A stretch of 64,000 nt of DNA from a virus: IMG/VR virus record IMGVR_UViG_3300005805_000044. One strand, written 5' to 3'. The notes under the pieces are model-generated. The model ran no database searches. It was not told where the DNA came from and saw only the letters and a program-made list of their open reading frames with translations. Positions 40,591-50,033 of this stretch are shown piece after piece (position 1 is the first letter of the stretch; each line of letters begins with the position of its first letter). The position numbers and the translations under genes are program-made.

Positions 40591-40818
40591 TTAGCCAAAA
40601 CTAGGTCTATCTATTTTACCAGAACGTGGTGGTGGTTTTGATGCTGATTTTGTTTGTTCAGCCTCTTTTTCCTTGGCATCTATGAGTTTTTTGTAATAAA
40701 AATTTCTAAGATATACTGGTAGGTTGTATACCTCAGTCGGAAAGAATCCTCCATTACCATAATAACAGAGGTCAAATATAACTTGTTGGATGTAAACCTT
40801 ATACTCTGGAGTCAGGCC
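40591..40818 (-). CDS. start-less ORF (75 aa), probable frameshift extension of the upstream chaperone
   Basis: GLTPEYKVYIQQVIFDLCYYGNGGFFPTEVYNLPVYLRNFYYKKLIDAKEKE...RPSFG; no ATG/GTG/TTG; begins right after a T7 run. Confidence 0.75.
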   Translation of the reverse strand, partial: GLTPEYKVYIQQVIFDLCYYGNGGFFPTEVYNLPVYLRNFYYKKLIDAKEKEAEQTKSASKPPPRSGKIDRPSFG

Positions 40819-41605
40819 AAAAAAATTGGACAGTCATTGGCACTGCTGCCCTTTCTTCGGCACCGCACTCTTTGCAACTAAAGTCAAATGATGAATCAAT
40901 ATCGGGAGTAAATTCTCTTACATATTGACGTAGAGCTAAACTGTCTCTACTTTGCATATTGTCAACAAATGACTTGATCTTGACTGGATCCTCATCACCA
41001 TTGACTTCTACAATCATTTTCTTTAGACGTGATGTAATTTCAGCAGAAGCAGTCTTGTTTAATTTTGTCAAAGCTGTTGCATCACGTTCAATAGACTTTT
41101 CGTCTTCGTCTGTCAACAATTTAAACTTTATATTAACCTTTGAATAGGGTAAAGTATAATCAAACAAATTTACGCCTGGTTCAAATTTTGTTTCGTCCAA
41201 TTCCTTTTCTTTGAGCTCACTCAGATTTACATTTACTTTGTTAACAGATTGACATTTAGGACATGGAACATCAACTGGACCATAATTGTCACCATAAGCT
41301 ATACGACGAACTGCAAAGATTACAGCATTTTTATCGCCAATAAGAAAGTCGGTTGTTTTGATGTTTTTATCAACAATAAGAGACTCAAGAAGTTTATCAA
41401 TTGCCAATCCTTTCTTGAGAAGATTTGGGCTGGTAAGAATATCTTCTTCTTTAGCAGTCATCATCTTTATTTCAACTGTTCCTTTTGATAATGGATGATT
41501 TGCTGGATAAAACAATCCTTTACTTGGAAGATCTATAACTTCAGTAGGAAACGTATTTTGTGGTTTATTGACCGCTGTTCTTTGTAAAACAATTTCTTCG
41601 CTCAT
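40799..41605 (-). CDS. gp26-like baseplate hub / tail assembly chaperone
   Basis: LPSKG, MTAKEEDIL, two CxxC motifs, C-terminal FFWP. Confidence 0.75.
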   Translation of the reverse strand: MSEEIVLQRTAVNKPQNTFPTEVIDLPSKGLFYPANHPLSKGTVEIKMMTAKEEDILTSPNLLKKGLAIDKLLESLIVDKNIKTTDFLIGDKNAVIFAVRRIAYGDNYGPVDVPCPKCQSVNKVNVNLSELKEKELDETKFEPGVNLFDYTLPYSKVNIKFKLLTDEDEKSIERDATALTKLNKTASAEITSRLKKMIVEVNGDEDPVKIKSFVDNMQSRDSLALRQYVREFTPDIDSSFDFSCKECGAEERAAVPMTVQFFWPDSRV

Positions 41606-41649
41606 AAATTATAACAATACATAGACCAATATCTGACTTTTTAAATATT

Positions 41650-42438
41650 TTATTTTGGCTTTATTTTATTTTGAGCATCTTGAGCCGCCTTAGTCAAAAT
41701 TGTAGCTCTGGTATTAATTTTAGCAATAGCATCTTTGAATGATGATTCTGGTCCAATTAACGCATCCATAAAACTATTGTCTTCTTTAATCATTTGTTTC
41801 ACTATTTCCTTATACTTTTGTTTTTTAGCTTCATCCATAGGTTTATTTTTGGTTAATATATTATAAATACTCTTGACCACACCAGTTTTTACACCTGGAT
41901 AATTAGTGGTAAAATTTTCAAAATCGTTGTTTGCTAAATCTTGTCTCAATGTGCTAGCACTGATACTTTGTCCATTTTTATCATCAGTTCTACCTTGATA
42001 CAATACTGGAGCATCATCAGTCATTTCTACAGACGATACATTTTCTGGTGCTGTTCGGCCGTCCTTTGTTGGTTTGGTTTTATAACGTTGAATAGCAGCA
42101 GAAAATATCTTGCTACGTTTTGCATCTTCTGGACTCTTTGAACTTGCAGCCAAAGCAATCACTTCATTACTGTCTTTTGGCAAACCAAATACGTATCCAA
42201 AAGCAGCATTCATTGGACTGTCATCATCTACTGGAACCACTTTGATCTTTGGGTTGGTAGGCAATAGGTTCCAAATAGCCACACTTTGTTGACGATTGAT
42301 GCCATCACGTTCACTGGGTCCAACCATCACAATTACTTTGCCTACATCAGCCCTACTGGCAAATTTGTTAGCTAACCCCAAATGTCCAGCATGTGGTGGT
42401 TTAAATCCGCCTGGTAGTAGCACCGTTACTTTGTTCAT
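41650..42438 (-). CDS. HIGH-superfamily nucleotidyltransferase (cytidylyltransferase/NMNAT-like)
   Basis: PGGFKPPHAGH and ISASTLR motifs. Confidence 0.8.
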   Translation of the reverse strand: MNKVTVLLPGGFKPPHAGHLGLANKFASRADVGKVIVMVGPSERDGINRQQSVAIWNLLPTNPKIKVVPVDDDSPMNAAFGYVFGLPKDSNEVIALAASSKSPEDAKRSKIFSAAIQRYKTKPTKDGRTAPENVSSVEMTDDAPVLYQGRTDDKNGQSISASTLRQDLANNDFENFTTNYPGVKTGVVKSIYNILTKNKPMDEAKKQKYKEIVKQMIKEDNSFMDALIGPESSFKDAIAKINTRATILTKAAQDAQNKIKPK

Positions 42439-42453
42439 ATCAATAAATATATG

Positions 42454-42491
42454 AAAAGAAAAAAACCCCTCGCTTTTTCAGCGAAGGGTTT
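42454..42491 (-). terminator. intrinsic terminator after tail tube gene
   Basis: AAACCCTTCGC/GCGAGGGGTTT stem plus long T-run on the - strand. Confidence 0.8.
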
Positions 42492-42513
42492 AAAGGACAT
42501 AAATGAACAAGAA

Positions 42514-43005
42514 TTAGTATTGAAGGATACAGTAGTCAGGTTGAATGGTCAAGTTGATTTTCATTGCTTCACCATCATTGCTCCAGTCTAGTGAGTTAAA
42601 TGATGCTTCAGTGATGAATGCTCCCTTGAGGGTCCATTCTTCAACCTTATCACCAACTGGACCTAGAACGTTGACGGTCAAGTCTTTCTTGTAAAAGTCT
42701 TGATAACCATCACGACCAGTTACAGATTCGTGGTGTAGACGAACCCATTCCATTACAGCTTGAGCACCACTTGGAACAATTGGATCATATAGTTCCATTG
42801 TGATTGTTCCCCAAATGCTCTTGCCTTTGTAGAAGGTTCTGATGTTGATGTGATCAAGTTCTTTTGCAGCTTGAGTTATCTTTGGACGGTCTGTCTTCTT
42901 GATAATAAATGAAGGAATGCCGTCACAATACAAGATAAAGCGATTTTGAACCTTTGGCTCAAACGCTGTGTAAAATATTTCCGATGGATTTAGTAGTTCT
43001 GCCAT
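42514..43005 (-). CDS. gp19: tail tube protein (T4 gp19-like)
   Basis: EPKVQNRF, W.TIT..LYDP, EW, YKKD, EEWTLKGAF, LDW, DY. Confidence 0.88.
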   Translation of the reverse strand: MAELLNPSEIFYTAFEPKVQNRFILYCDGIPSFIIKKTDRPKITQAAKELDHINIRTFYKGKSIWGTITMELYDPIVPSGAQAVMEWVRLHHESVTGRDGYQDFYKKDLTVNVLGPVGDKVEEWTLKGAFITEASFNSLDWSNDGEAMKINLTIQPDYCILQY

Positions 43006-43066
43006 AATATTATTCCTTTATGTCCTAGATATAAATATGATTAAGATTAAATATTTATGATTTTTT

Positions 43067-44227
43067 TTATATTTTGTTGAGCTCTTTGTCTGTGAGTTTT
43101 GTTATATTAGTTTTGAGTTTATTAACAAAACCACTACTTCTCAAAAGTTTAAAAACAATATTTTCTATACTAAATTCTCCTCCTGAGCTAAGGCCAGTTT
43201 CACGCATATCATACAAACGTTTGACCATAGCTTTGAGTTTTTCAAGATTTTGATCATCTACAGCTTTATTGATCTTTGATACTAAATCTTTATATTTTGT
43301 TTTTACAGTTTCTGTGTCAATTTGTGGAGCTTCATATTTTGGTTTTTTTATCCATTTATTGTTTAATACACTGTAGGATGCTTGACTTCTGGTTTCATGT
43401 CCAACATCTTGAATATAAACTTCTACTGGATGGTTGTTTATTTTTATATCATGTTTGTCATTCCATTGACTTTTATATCCATCTACCAGTTTTTGAACCA
43501 GATCTTTATTTTCGTCAATTTTTGAAAAATCAATTGCTATATGTAAATCTATATCGCTAGTTGGTGTCCAGTTATAACCGGCGGTGCTTCCAAGGAACAA
43601 TATGTCTTCAATTGGAGCAGTAAGATCTGTGCTTTTGTAGAATGTTGTAGCAATATTTAACAAACGATCCAATACGTCTGGTTTAATGGCGTCGCCGTCC
43701 CATATGTCAGGGCAAAGTATACTGTTGTAAATTCTAAATGATTGTTTTACCCCAAGTAATTCCTTTAACTTGTTGATGGTATCTGTTGCGTCGGTATGTA
43801 ATATTCCAATACCACCAGCATTTACAAATTCCTCAATATTGTCTTTTCGGTCATCAATTAATATTGCGTTTGGACTTGCAAATTTAGCCTTATCTTCTCT
43901 GTGTGGAACCAGATTCTGTTTAAATGTAACGTTGTGATCTGTTAACCATTTTTCTTTGCCTTGTTTACACTCTGGATCCGTTGCATGACTTAATATTTCA
44001 GTGGGAAACTCTTTGATAAAATTATAGAGTATTTTACCATCACTCATCCACGGCATTGTAGCATAAAAATTTGGACTATGACTTTTTACTAAATTATAAC
44101 GTTGTTCTTTGCCATATTCAGCTTCATATGTTTCAACTGGAACACCGAATGTTTTTTCAAACTGTTTTTCCCAGTCCGTTAAAACGCCGTCCATGTCAAC
44201 GTAAATTTTGTATTTTGATTCTACCAT
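43067..44227 (-). CDS. HAD 5'(3')-nucleotidase fused to a Pol-beta-type nucleotidyltransferase
   Basis: IYVDMDGVL...K...LIDDR; then LGS.AGYNW..SDIDLH...VEVYIQD. Confidence 0.8.
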   Translation of the reverse strand: MVESKYKIYVDMDGVLTDWEKQFEKTFGVPVETYEAEYGKEQRYNLVKSHSPNFYATMPWMSDGKILYNFIKEFPTEILSHATDPECKQGKEKWLTDHNVTFKQNLVPHREDKAKFASPNAILIDDRKDNIEEFVNAGGIGILHTDATDTINKLKELLGVKQSFRIYNSILCPDIWDGDAIKPDVLDRLLNIATTFYKSTDLTAPIEDILFLGSTAGYNWTPTSDIDLHIAIDFSKIDENKDLVQKLVDGYKSQWNDKHDIKINNHPVEVYIQDVGHETRSQASYSVLNNKWIKKPKYEAPQIDTETVKTKYKDLVSKINKAVDDQNLEKLKAMVKRLYDMRETGLSSGGEFSIENIVFKLLRSSGFVNKLKTNITKLTDKELNKI

Positions 44228-44241
44228 TTATAATAAATATT

Positions 44242-44577
44242 TTACTTTTTAAGAAATAAACGGTATATTACTCTTCCAAGTTCAGCGCTAAACTTTCTGA
44301 CTTTATACTCTGGTAAATCCCAAAAGAAAGCATGTGTAACCTCTTCGATTAATACATTTAACTTTCTACGAGATAGTAAATGATCACCAATTTCAATACG
44401 TGAGTTTTTTAAATTGGGATTATAACAATATCCATCAGCGGTCGTCAAAGACTTAAAATGTATCGGAATAACTTGTTTTAAGTAAGTTTCTATGCTGAGC
44501 TGCTTACTTTTATCTAATTTTAAGCTGCTGCGCTTGATAGTGCTGCGCTTTTTGCGCTTATTTAATTTTGCATTCAT
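44242..44577 (-). CDS. small zincin-like protein (EExxH variant)
   Basis: ADGYC, IEI, LIEEVTHAFFWD..E. Confidence 0.5.
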   Translation of the reverse strand: MNAKLNKRKKRSTIKRSSLKLDKSKQLSIETYLKQVIPIHFKSLTTADGYCYNPNLKNSRIEIGDHLLSRRKLNVLIEEVTHAFFWDLPEYKVRKFSAELGRVIYRLFLKK

Positions 44578-44615
44578 AATTTATAAGCATATAAACAGCA
44601 AGGCTTGCTGCGCTT
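44493..44615. repeat. TGCTGCGCTT direct-repeat cluster
   Basis: perfect copies at 44526, 44541, 44606; partial copies at 44493 and 44552. Confidence 0.8.
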
Positions 44616-44640
44616 ATACTTTATATATTCAGAATGTCAA
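44613..44640 (-). promoter_or_regulatory. sigma70-type promoter overlapping the first repeat
   Basis: TTGACA-16 nt-TATAAG. Confidence 0.55.
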
Positions 44641-44806
44641 CAAATTTTAAACTTATACCAACAGAAATATCCAATTTTATTTTATCAGATTGATATATTT
44701 TGCTGAATAAATCTAAAAAGTCCTCTTCAATTAAAGGCTTTTCTGACGGCTCAATAAGCGAGTCGTAGTATACAGAATCATCATACGGCTCAAATCTAAC
44801 TTTCAC
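44621..44806 (-). CDS. hypothetical protein
   Basis: GTG start 5 nt after TATTTAT. Confidence 0.45.
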   Translation of the reverse strand: MKVRFEPYDDSVYYDSLIEPSEKPLIEEDFLDLFSKIYQSDKIKLDISVGISLKFVDILNI

Positions 44807-44824
44807 ATAATATAAATATGTGAA

Positions 44825-45106
44825 TTATTTAGCAGCAGGCTTAAAAGTTCCGTCTTTTATATTAAGAGTTCCATCGCCATATTTTTGACTCAAGTCTTGA
44901 AGAATCTGTTGTTCTTCTTTTTGAATTTCAGACCACGATTCAAAAATCTTTTTACGAATTTCTTCAACATCTTGCAACTGTTGAGTCAAATCGACTTTGG
45001 CAAGTTCATTTTGACCAAGTTCAAATATTTTTTGTTGATATTTGCCTTGAAGTTGCGCAATTTGTTGCATTTCTGCATCTGTAAATTTTATAACATTATC
45101 ACTCAT
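44825..45106 (-). CDS. small coiled-coil protein
   Basis: Gln/Glu-rich helix ending KYGDGTLNIKDGTF. Confidence 0.65.
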   Translation of the reverse strand: MSDNVIKFTDAEMQQIAQLQGKYQQKIFELGQNELAKVDLTQQLQDVEEIRKKIFESWSEIQKEEQQILQDLSQKYGDGTLNIKDGTFKPAAK

Positions 45107-45142
45107 ATACAATATATACTGTCGATCCAACTATTGCCTTTT

Positions 45143-46693
45143 TTATATTGTTTTATCAATTATAGTTTGTAGCTTATCGACATCTTTACGTTCAGCATTA
45201 ATCATATAATAAAAATCATATGATTCTTTATTAAATAACTTTTTAAACAATCCAACTTTGCGATCAACATTGATGTATACTTTGTTGTCTTTAATTTTTT
45301 CAACATAATACACATCAGGTCTACCAATTGGAGTAATGTGAATAGAAATAGAATTTTCATCAACCAACCATGGCCAATAATCTGGCAAATCTATACAAAG
45401 ACTATTTGATCTACCACGAACAAATACACCGTGTTCTGGACCTTCCAACGAAGCATGAACCAATCGTTTGGTCTCGTCTTTTTGGTGATCAATTACGAAT
45501 GATTTTGTAGTAGCGGCAAACGACCCATTAACCTCTAAATTAAATTGTGGATCATCCTTGTTTATACCAACTCTACTACCCGTTACATATAAAACATTTG
45601 TTCCGTCTACTTTACTTACAACCCTAAATGGAGCTGATGAACCACTTGCAATAATTTGACGTTCAACGAGGATGTCACGTCCTACTGTTATATCATTCTC
45701 AGCAACAACATTGTTATTAGCATGAATATCAAGAGAAGTAAGCAAATCACTTACTACGACAGTTCCAGCCATTAAATTGCCAACATCAGCATTACTAGCA
45801 CTTAAACTACCACTCAGAACCAATCCAGAACTTTTATCTTCCCACACTCCGTCAACAGCATTGTAAACCAAAAATGCACCGTTTGATGGAAAAGCACTAC
45901 TACTAATGTTGCTAATTTCATCAATTGTGACTGGTTGTTTAAGATCAACAAATATACCACCATTAGATGAGTCAACAACGGTTATATATCCAATTTTAGC
46001 AACATCTCTAGGAGCAGATGGTTTGATATTTGTAAATGAACCAGAAACAGATGGACTTAAATATAAAACATCACCAGCACTAAAACCTGTGTTGGTATTA
46101 AGGCCTTCAAGATACCCAGTTATTAATATATTACCAACAGATCCATTGAGTATAGAAACATCAGATACAACACCTAAAACATCACTGGTAACAGTTGAAC
46201 CCGGCGTATGTATCTTTGATACAGCAAGATCTACTACCAATTCTCCAGACAAGTTACTTCCAATTACTTGAACTACTTGACCCCTCAACAAACTAAATCC
46301 AGAACCATTTTGAACCTTAACTAATGAAGGATTAGGACCATCACTGCCATTTAAAGCGTAAGAAGCAGTAAGTGAAGTAAGAGCATAACTACTTGTCCCC
46401 AATAATGAACCAGTAAATGATCCACTAATACGGTCAGTTACAAACAAACTACCTGTTATAACCGCGCTACCACTGAAGGGAAACCCCGAACCGCCAGTGC
46501 CACCATTAGAAGCATAAGAAGCACTTAATGCATATGATGCGGATGTAATAACTAAAGATGATGAAGGAATTACAACTGGTAATTTATTCTCGTCAAAAGC
46601 TAACAAAGAAGCGGTCTGTGGACGAATAATTTGTTCAACAAATGAACTACCACTTCTTCTACTTAATAATAAATCCTTTTCGAGAAAAATCAT
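45143..46693 (-). CDS. tail fibre/spike-like virion protein
   Basis: SASYA/SGS repeats, RVGIN..DPQFNLEVNG, C-terminal KSFVIDH...LEGPE.GV..RG domain. Confidence 0.7.
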   Translation of the reverse strand: MIFLEKDLLLSRRSGSSFVEQIIRPQTASLLAFDENKLPVVIPSSSLVITSASYALSASYASNGGTGGSGFPFSGSAVITGSLFVTDRISGSFTGSLLGTSSYALTSLTASYALNGSDGPNPSLVKVQNGSGFSLLRGQVVQVIGSNLSGELVVDLAVSKIHTPGSTVTSDVLGVVSDVSILNGSVGNILITGYLEGLNTNTGFSAGDVLYLSPSVSGSFTNIKPSAPRDVAKIGYITVVDSSNGGIFVDLKQPVTIDEISNISSSAFPSNGAFLVYNAVDGVWEDKSSGLVLSGSLSASNADVGNLMAGTVVVSDLLTSLDIHANNNVVAENDITVGRDILVERQIIASGSSAPFRVVSKVDGTNVLYVTGSRVGINKDDPQFNLEVNGSFAATTKSFVIDHQKDETKRLVHASLEGPEHGVFVRGRSNSLCIDLPDYWPWLVDENSISIHITPIGRPDVYYVEKIKDNKVYINVDRKVGLFKKLFNKESYDFYYMINAERKDVDKLQTIIDKTI

Positions 46694-46736
46694 ACTTTAG
46701 TCTATTATAAATATGGACAATGATCAATATATTCAA

Positions 46737-48173
46737 TTAAAATGTTTCATCGACCATTGCTATTGGCACTCTTCTCCATTCTTTGTTTGAATATATGTAA
46801 AAATAGTTACCATCGTAGCTCATCCATCCATCTTCACCATAGTCAGTAGATTTGTATGGAACTTGATAATAATACTTCTCTGGAAACCTTTGAAATACTC
46901 TAAAAGCAGTGTTAATTGGTCGAGTTTGGGTGGTATATACAGGATCACCATTACAGTCATATCCACTAATATATGCACCTGAATTTGGGTCAAAATCAAA
47001 TGATGCTATAGCTCTACGTGTCCAACCAAGTGGTGATCTGTATACATAAAAATAATCACTATCATATGACAACCATCCATTTTGACCATAATCGGATGTA
47101 GAAGTTGGCGTAGGATGAAATAATGTTTTTTCAACTTTATTTTTTGCAGTAACCCCAAGATCATTCGGTATAGTTTTTTGTTCAGATACGTATTTGACAC
47201 CAATATTTTTTAAATAAGCATATGGATTTGTTGATTTTGAAGCAGACTCAACATCAAACATCTCAACCGCATTAACAACTTTATCATCAACAACAACTTT
47301 TCTGACAGTAAATGATTTTTGAGTTGTTGATTTAACACCATCAATTGTTTTTGGTAGAAGATAAGCATTTACCACCAGATTAAAAGTAGTTTTTACATTT
47401 CGATCTTCACCGCTGCCTAATTCAACCGTATTAGTATAATCGTCTACTTTTGTTCTAAATCTGAAATCACCCACACCCCAATAATCGTGTGTAGAAAAAT
47501 TAATTTTTTCCAATAATTTATTATTTTGATCAACATAGTCTGTCCACAAAATACATTCATATGTTATGGTGACGTGATCAGGTAAGGTTACATTGTAAAT
47601 TTGTTTGGTTGGTTTGTTTTTAAATGGATTATTTGAGTTAAGTATATTAAATTTATCATACTTATTTTTTTGATCAAACTGGGCAACTACTTGATATGAC
47701 AAATATCTATTTAAAGTCATTAAATCTTTATTGTTACTAACTGTTGCTCGTTTGATCAAAATAGCAGGCAACAATATCTTACCTTGATTGTCACGTAAAT
47801 ACCCATCACGTTTTACCGCTTTCCAACGTTCTGGGCTAGCATAAAGAACAGGAACAGTAACCAAAGAACCGTTATCCATCACAGATAACTGTATTCTTTG
47901 AGTCATATGATTTATTATTGTAGTATCAACATCAATTAACGTGACTGAAAAATTCTCAGTCTTGTCCATATCACGTCTAATTGCATTTTCTTTATGATAT
48001 GGACCCACCAATGGAATAGGAGTTTGTTGGTCTGTAACAAATCCAGTATCCTCATTTTGAACAAAAGGCTTGATAACGTCAGACAGATTTGAATTGTTCT
48101 GTTTGACGTTTGGAGCAGGGTTAATACCAAGTCCATCTTGACTTTTACCAGTTGGATTGCCTTTCCATGCCAT
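46737..48173 (-). CDS. gp15-like tail terminator/sheath stabiliser with duplicated C-terminal module
   Basis: VPVLYASPERW, LPAI, ITYE, FNLVVNAYLLP; follows the neck genes. Confidence 0.6.
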   Translation of the reverse strand: MAWKGNPTGKSQDGLGINPAPNVKQNNSNLSDVIKPFVQNEDTGFVTDQQTPIPLVGPYHKENAIRRDMDKTENFSVTLIDVDTTIINHMTQRIQLSVMDNGSLVTVPVLYASPERWKAVKRDGYLRDNQGKILLPAILIKRATVSNNKDLMTLNRYLSYQVVAQFDQKNKYDKFNILNSNNPFKNKPTKQIYNVTLPDHVTITYECILWTDYVDQNNKLLEKINFSTHDYWGVGDFRFRTKVDDYTNTVELGSGEDRNVKTTFNLVVNAYLLPKTIDGVKSTTQKSFTVRKVVVDDKVVNAVEMFDVESASKSTNPYAYLKNIGVKYVSEQKTIPNDLGVTAKNKVEKTLFHPTPTSTSDYGQNGWLSYDSDYFYVYRSPLGWTRRAIASFDFDPNSGAYISGYDCNGDPVYTTQTRPINTAFRVFQRFPEKYYYQVPYKSTDYGEDGWMSYDGNYFYIYSNKEWRRVPIAMVDETF

Positions 48174-48176
48174 AAA

Positions 48177-48749
48177 TTATGTCTGCCTTTCTACAACATT
48201 AAGCTTACTTAATCTGCTGTAATGAGTATTACAGATAAAGCTCCAAGACTTGTCTGGATGACCACCTAAAAATTGTTCTTGAACCACATTATCAATTTCG
48301 TAAAAACGTTCATTGTATAACAAAATATCCCCAATTTCTGGGAAAAATCCAGTAATAATACAGTCACGTTCACGAAACTTATAGACTACAGACTGATTAC
48401 GATCTGGACCAAATCCTTGATTATCATCACCCGTAATATCTTCACGTTGAATCAACGCGGTCATGTTAATAGCCGGATAAAATGCTTTGCCAGTTTCCGA
48501 TGTAGATTCACCGTATATATTGACCCTTGTTTCACTAACTGCAACTTTAAACAACTGGACAACACACTCAATAATGTCGCCCAATAATTCAGCATTTACA
48601 GACCCAAGAAGGTTCATATCTCTTTGAGAGAAATATCTACCCGGCAAATAATTGGTTCCATAGATACCAATATCTTTACGACCATTTGTCCAATATTGGG
48701 GAAATGCTGGATTTTGTTGAGGCCATTGCGGTGTAATTGGTGCTGCCAT
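48177..48749 (-). CDS. gp14: neck / head-closure protein (gp14-like)
   Basis: NIYGE, PEIGDILLY...YEI; follows gp13-like gene. Confidence 0.65.
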   Translation of the reverse strand: MAAPITPQWPQQNPAFPQYWTNGRKDIGIYGTNYLPGRYFSQRDMNLLGSVNAELLGDIIECVVQLFKVAVSETRVNIYGESTSETGKAFYPAINMTALIQREDITGDDNQGFGPDRNQSVVYKFRERDCIITGFFPEIGDILLYNERFYEIDNVVQEQFLGGHPDKSWSFICNTHYSRLSKLNVVERQT

Positions 48750-48752
48750 ATT

Positions 48753-49988
48753 TTATCCTATGTAGATATGTAATGGAACCTTACCAAGCATTTTTATCAT
48801 CGCATCAGATTCTTTGTCTTTATTTTCAAGTTGATTTACTCTCAAACTTTTATCAAGCATATCTCTTAATTTCTCTAAAAGAGTATCCTTCTCTTCTTTA
48901 GCTTCGGATCTTAATTCGGCACCGTCTAATGTTACTTCACCGCCTGGAATTGGAACTGTGCTATATTTTTGAAGAATACGGCCCAACGTTTCTTTACAAA
49001 GAGCTAAAAAATATTTTTTGATCCACTGTTTACCGGCTTGGTTTATCTTACAATATTGACATAACTGATACGGAGCATCACTTGGGTCACTAATATACTC
49101 ATATCGTGACCCACTAAAAAAGTTAGTAATGTTCTTATCACTCTCAATATAGTAGTCAATATAAATTCTAAAATCATGAGTTGGAATTGGAAATATTCTC
49201 AACATATTATCGCCCGTGATTTGAAAACCATACGCACTTTTACGCACCATATCATTAAATTCAATAGCTTGAACACGCTCTAAATCTTCAAATATCGGTG
49301 TCATCAAAAACTGAGTTGCCGGACTATACGCACTAAATCCCATTTCTTGTAGAACGTTACTGTAACTCATACCAGTCATACTAAACGGATCATATACACG
49401 AGAAATTGCAGGTGGTCTGAAGTGAAATACTCTTCGAACTTCAATACGTGATCCAGTCAAGTGTTCGATATCACTGCCAATGATTTGATTCAAATCAAAC
49501 ACTTGATGACTGTCTTGAGGTCCACCAAAACTTGCAGACCCCGTTGCTAAAAATGAGGCACGTTTAAGTTCTGTTTCGCCACCAACCAACGCTTCACTTC
49601 CATATTGTTTACTTAATTGAACAACAAACGGTAGGCCAGTTCCTTTTACACTCAATCCCAATAAATTAGGATATTGATCTTGTGGTAAGCCTTGAACATT
49701 GATCAAATTATTAACAATATTGAACTCATTTACAACACGATTATACTCCAAAACAGATTCTTCAAAACACGCATAAAAGTTGGCATCAATCATTTCAATA
49801 TCAACGATTGGATATCCTAATCTTTTAGCGGCCCACATCGCACTGCTGCTACAATCATTTTCAAACGTGGTCTCATCAGAATCACAACTCGTCTCGTCCA
49901 GATAGTAACCAAATGGAACGGATGCAGAATTAACTGTTGATCCACTGCCAGGCCACCTTACTCTATCTTGGTCTAAATTAGCACTCAT
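48753..49988 (-). CDS. gp13: neck / head-tail adaptor (gp13-like)
   Basis: KRLGYPIVDIE, WIKKY.LAL.KE.LG....KY..VPIPGGEVTLDG. Confidence 0.85.
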   Translation of the reverse strand: MSANLDQDRVRWPGSGSTVNSASVPFGYYLDETSCDSDETTFENDCSSSAMWAAKRLGYPIVDIEMIDANFYACFEESVLEYNRVVNEFNIVNNLINVQGLPQDQYPNLLGLSVKGTGLPFVVQLSKQYGSEALVGGETELKRASFLATGSASFGGPQDSHQVFDLNQIIGSDIEHLTGSRIEVRRVFHFRPPAISRVYDPFSMTGMSYSNVLQEMGFSAYSPATQFLMTPIFEDLERVQAIEFNDMVRKSAYGFQITGDNMLRIFPIPTHDFRIYIDYYIESDKNITNFFSGSRYEYISDPSDAPYQLCQYCKINQAGKQWIKKYFLALCKETLGRILQKYSTVPIPGGEVTLDGAELRSEAKEEKDTLLEKLRDMLDKSLRVNQLENKDKESDAMIKMLGKVPLHIYIG

Positions 49989-50033
49989 TAAATATAAATA
50001 TCGGAATATTCGATATTAGTGCTAAAATCTAAT

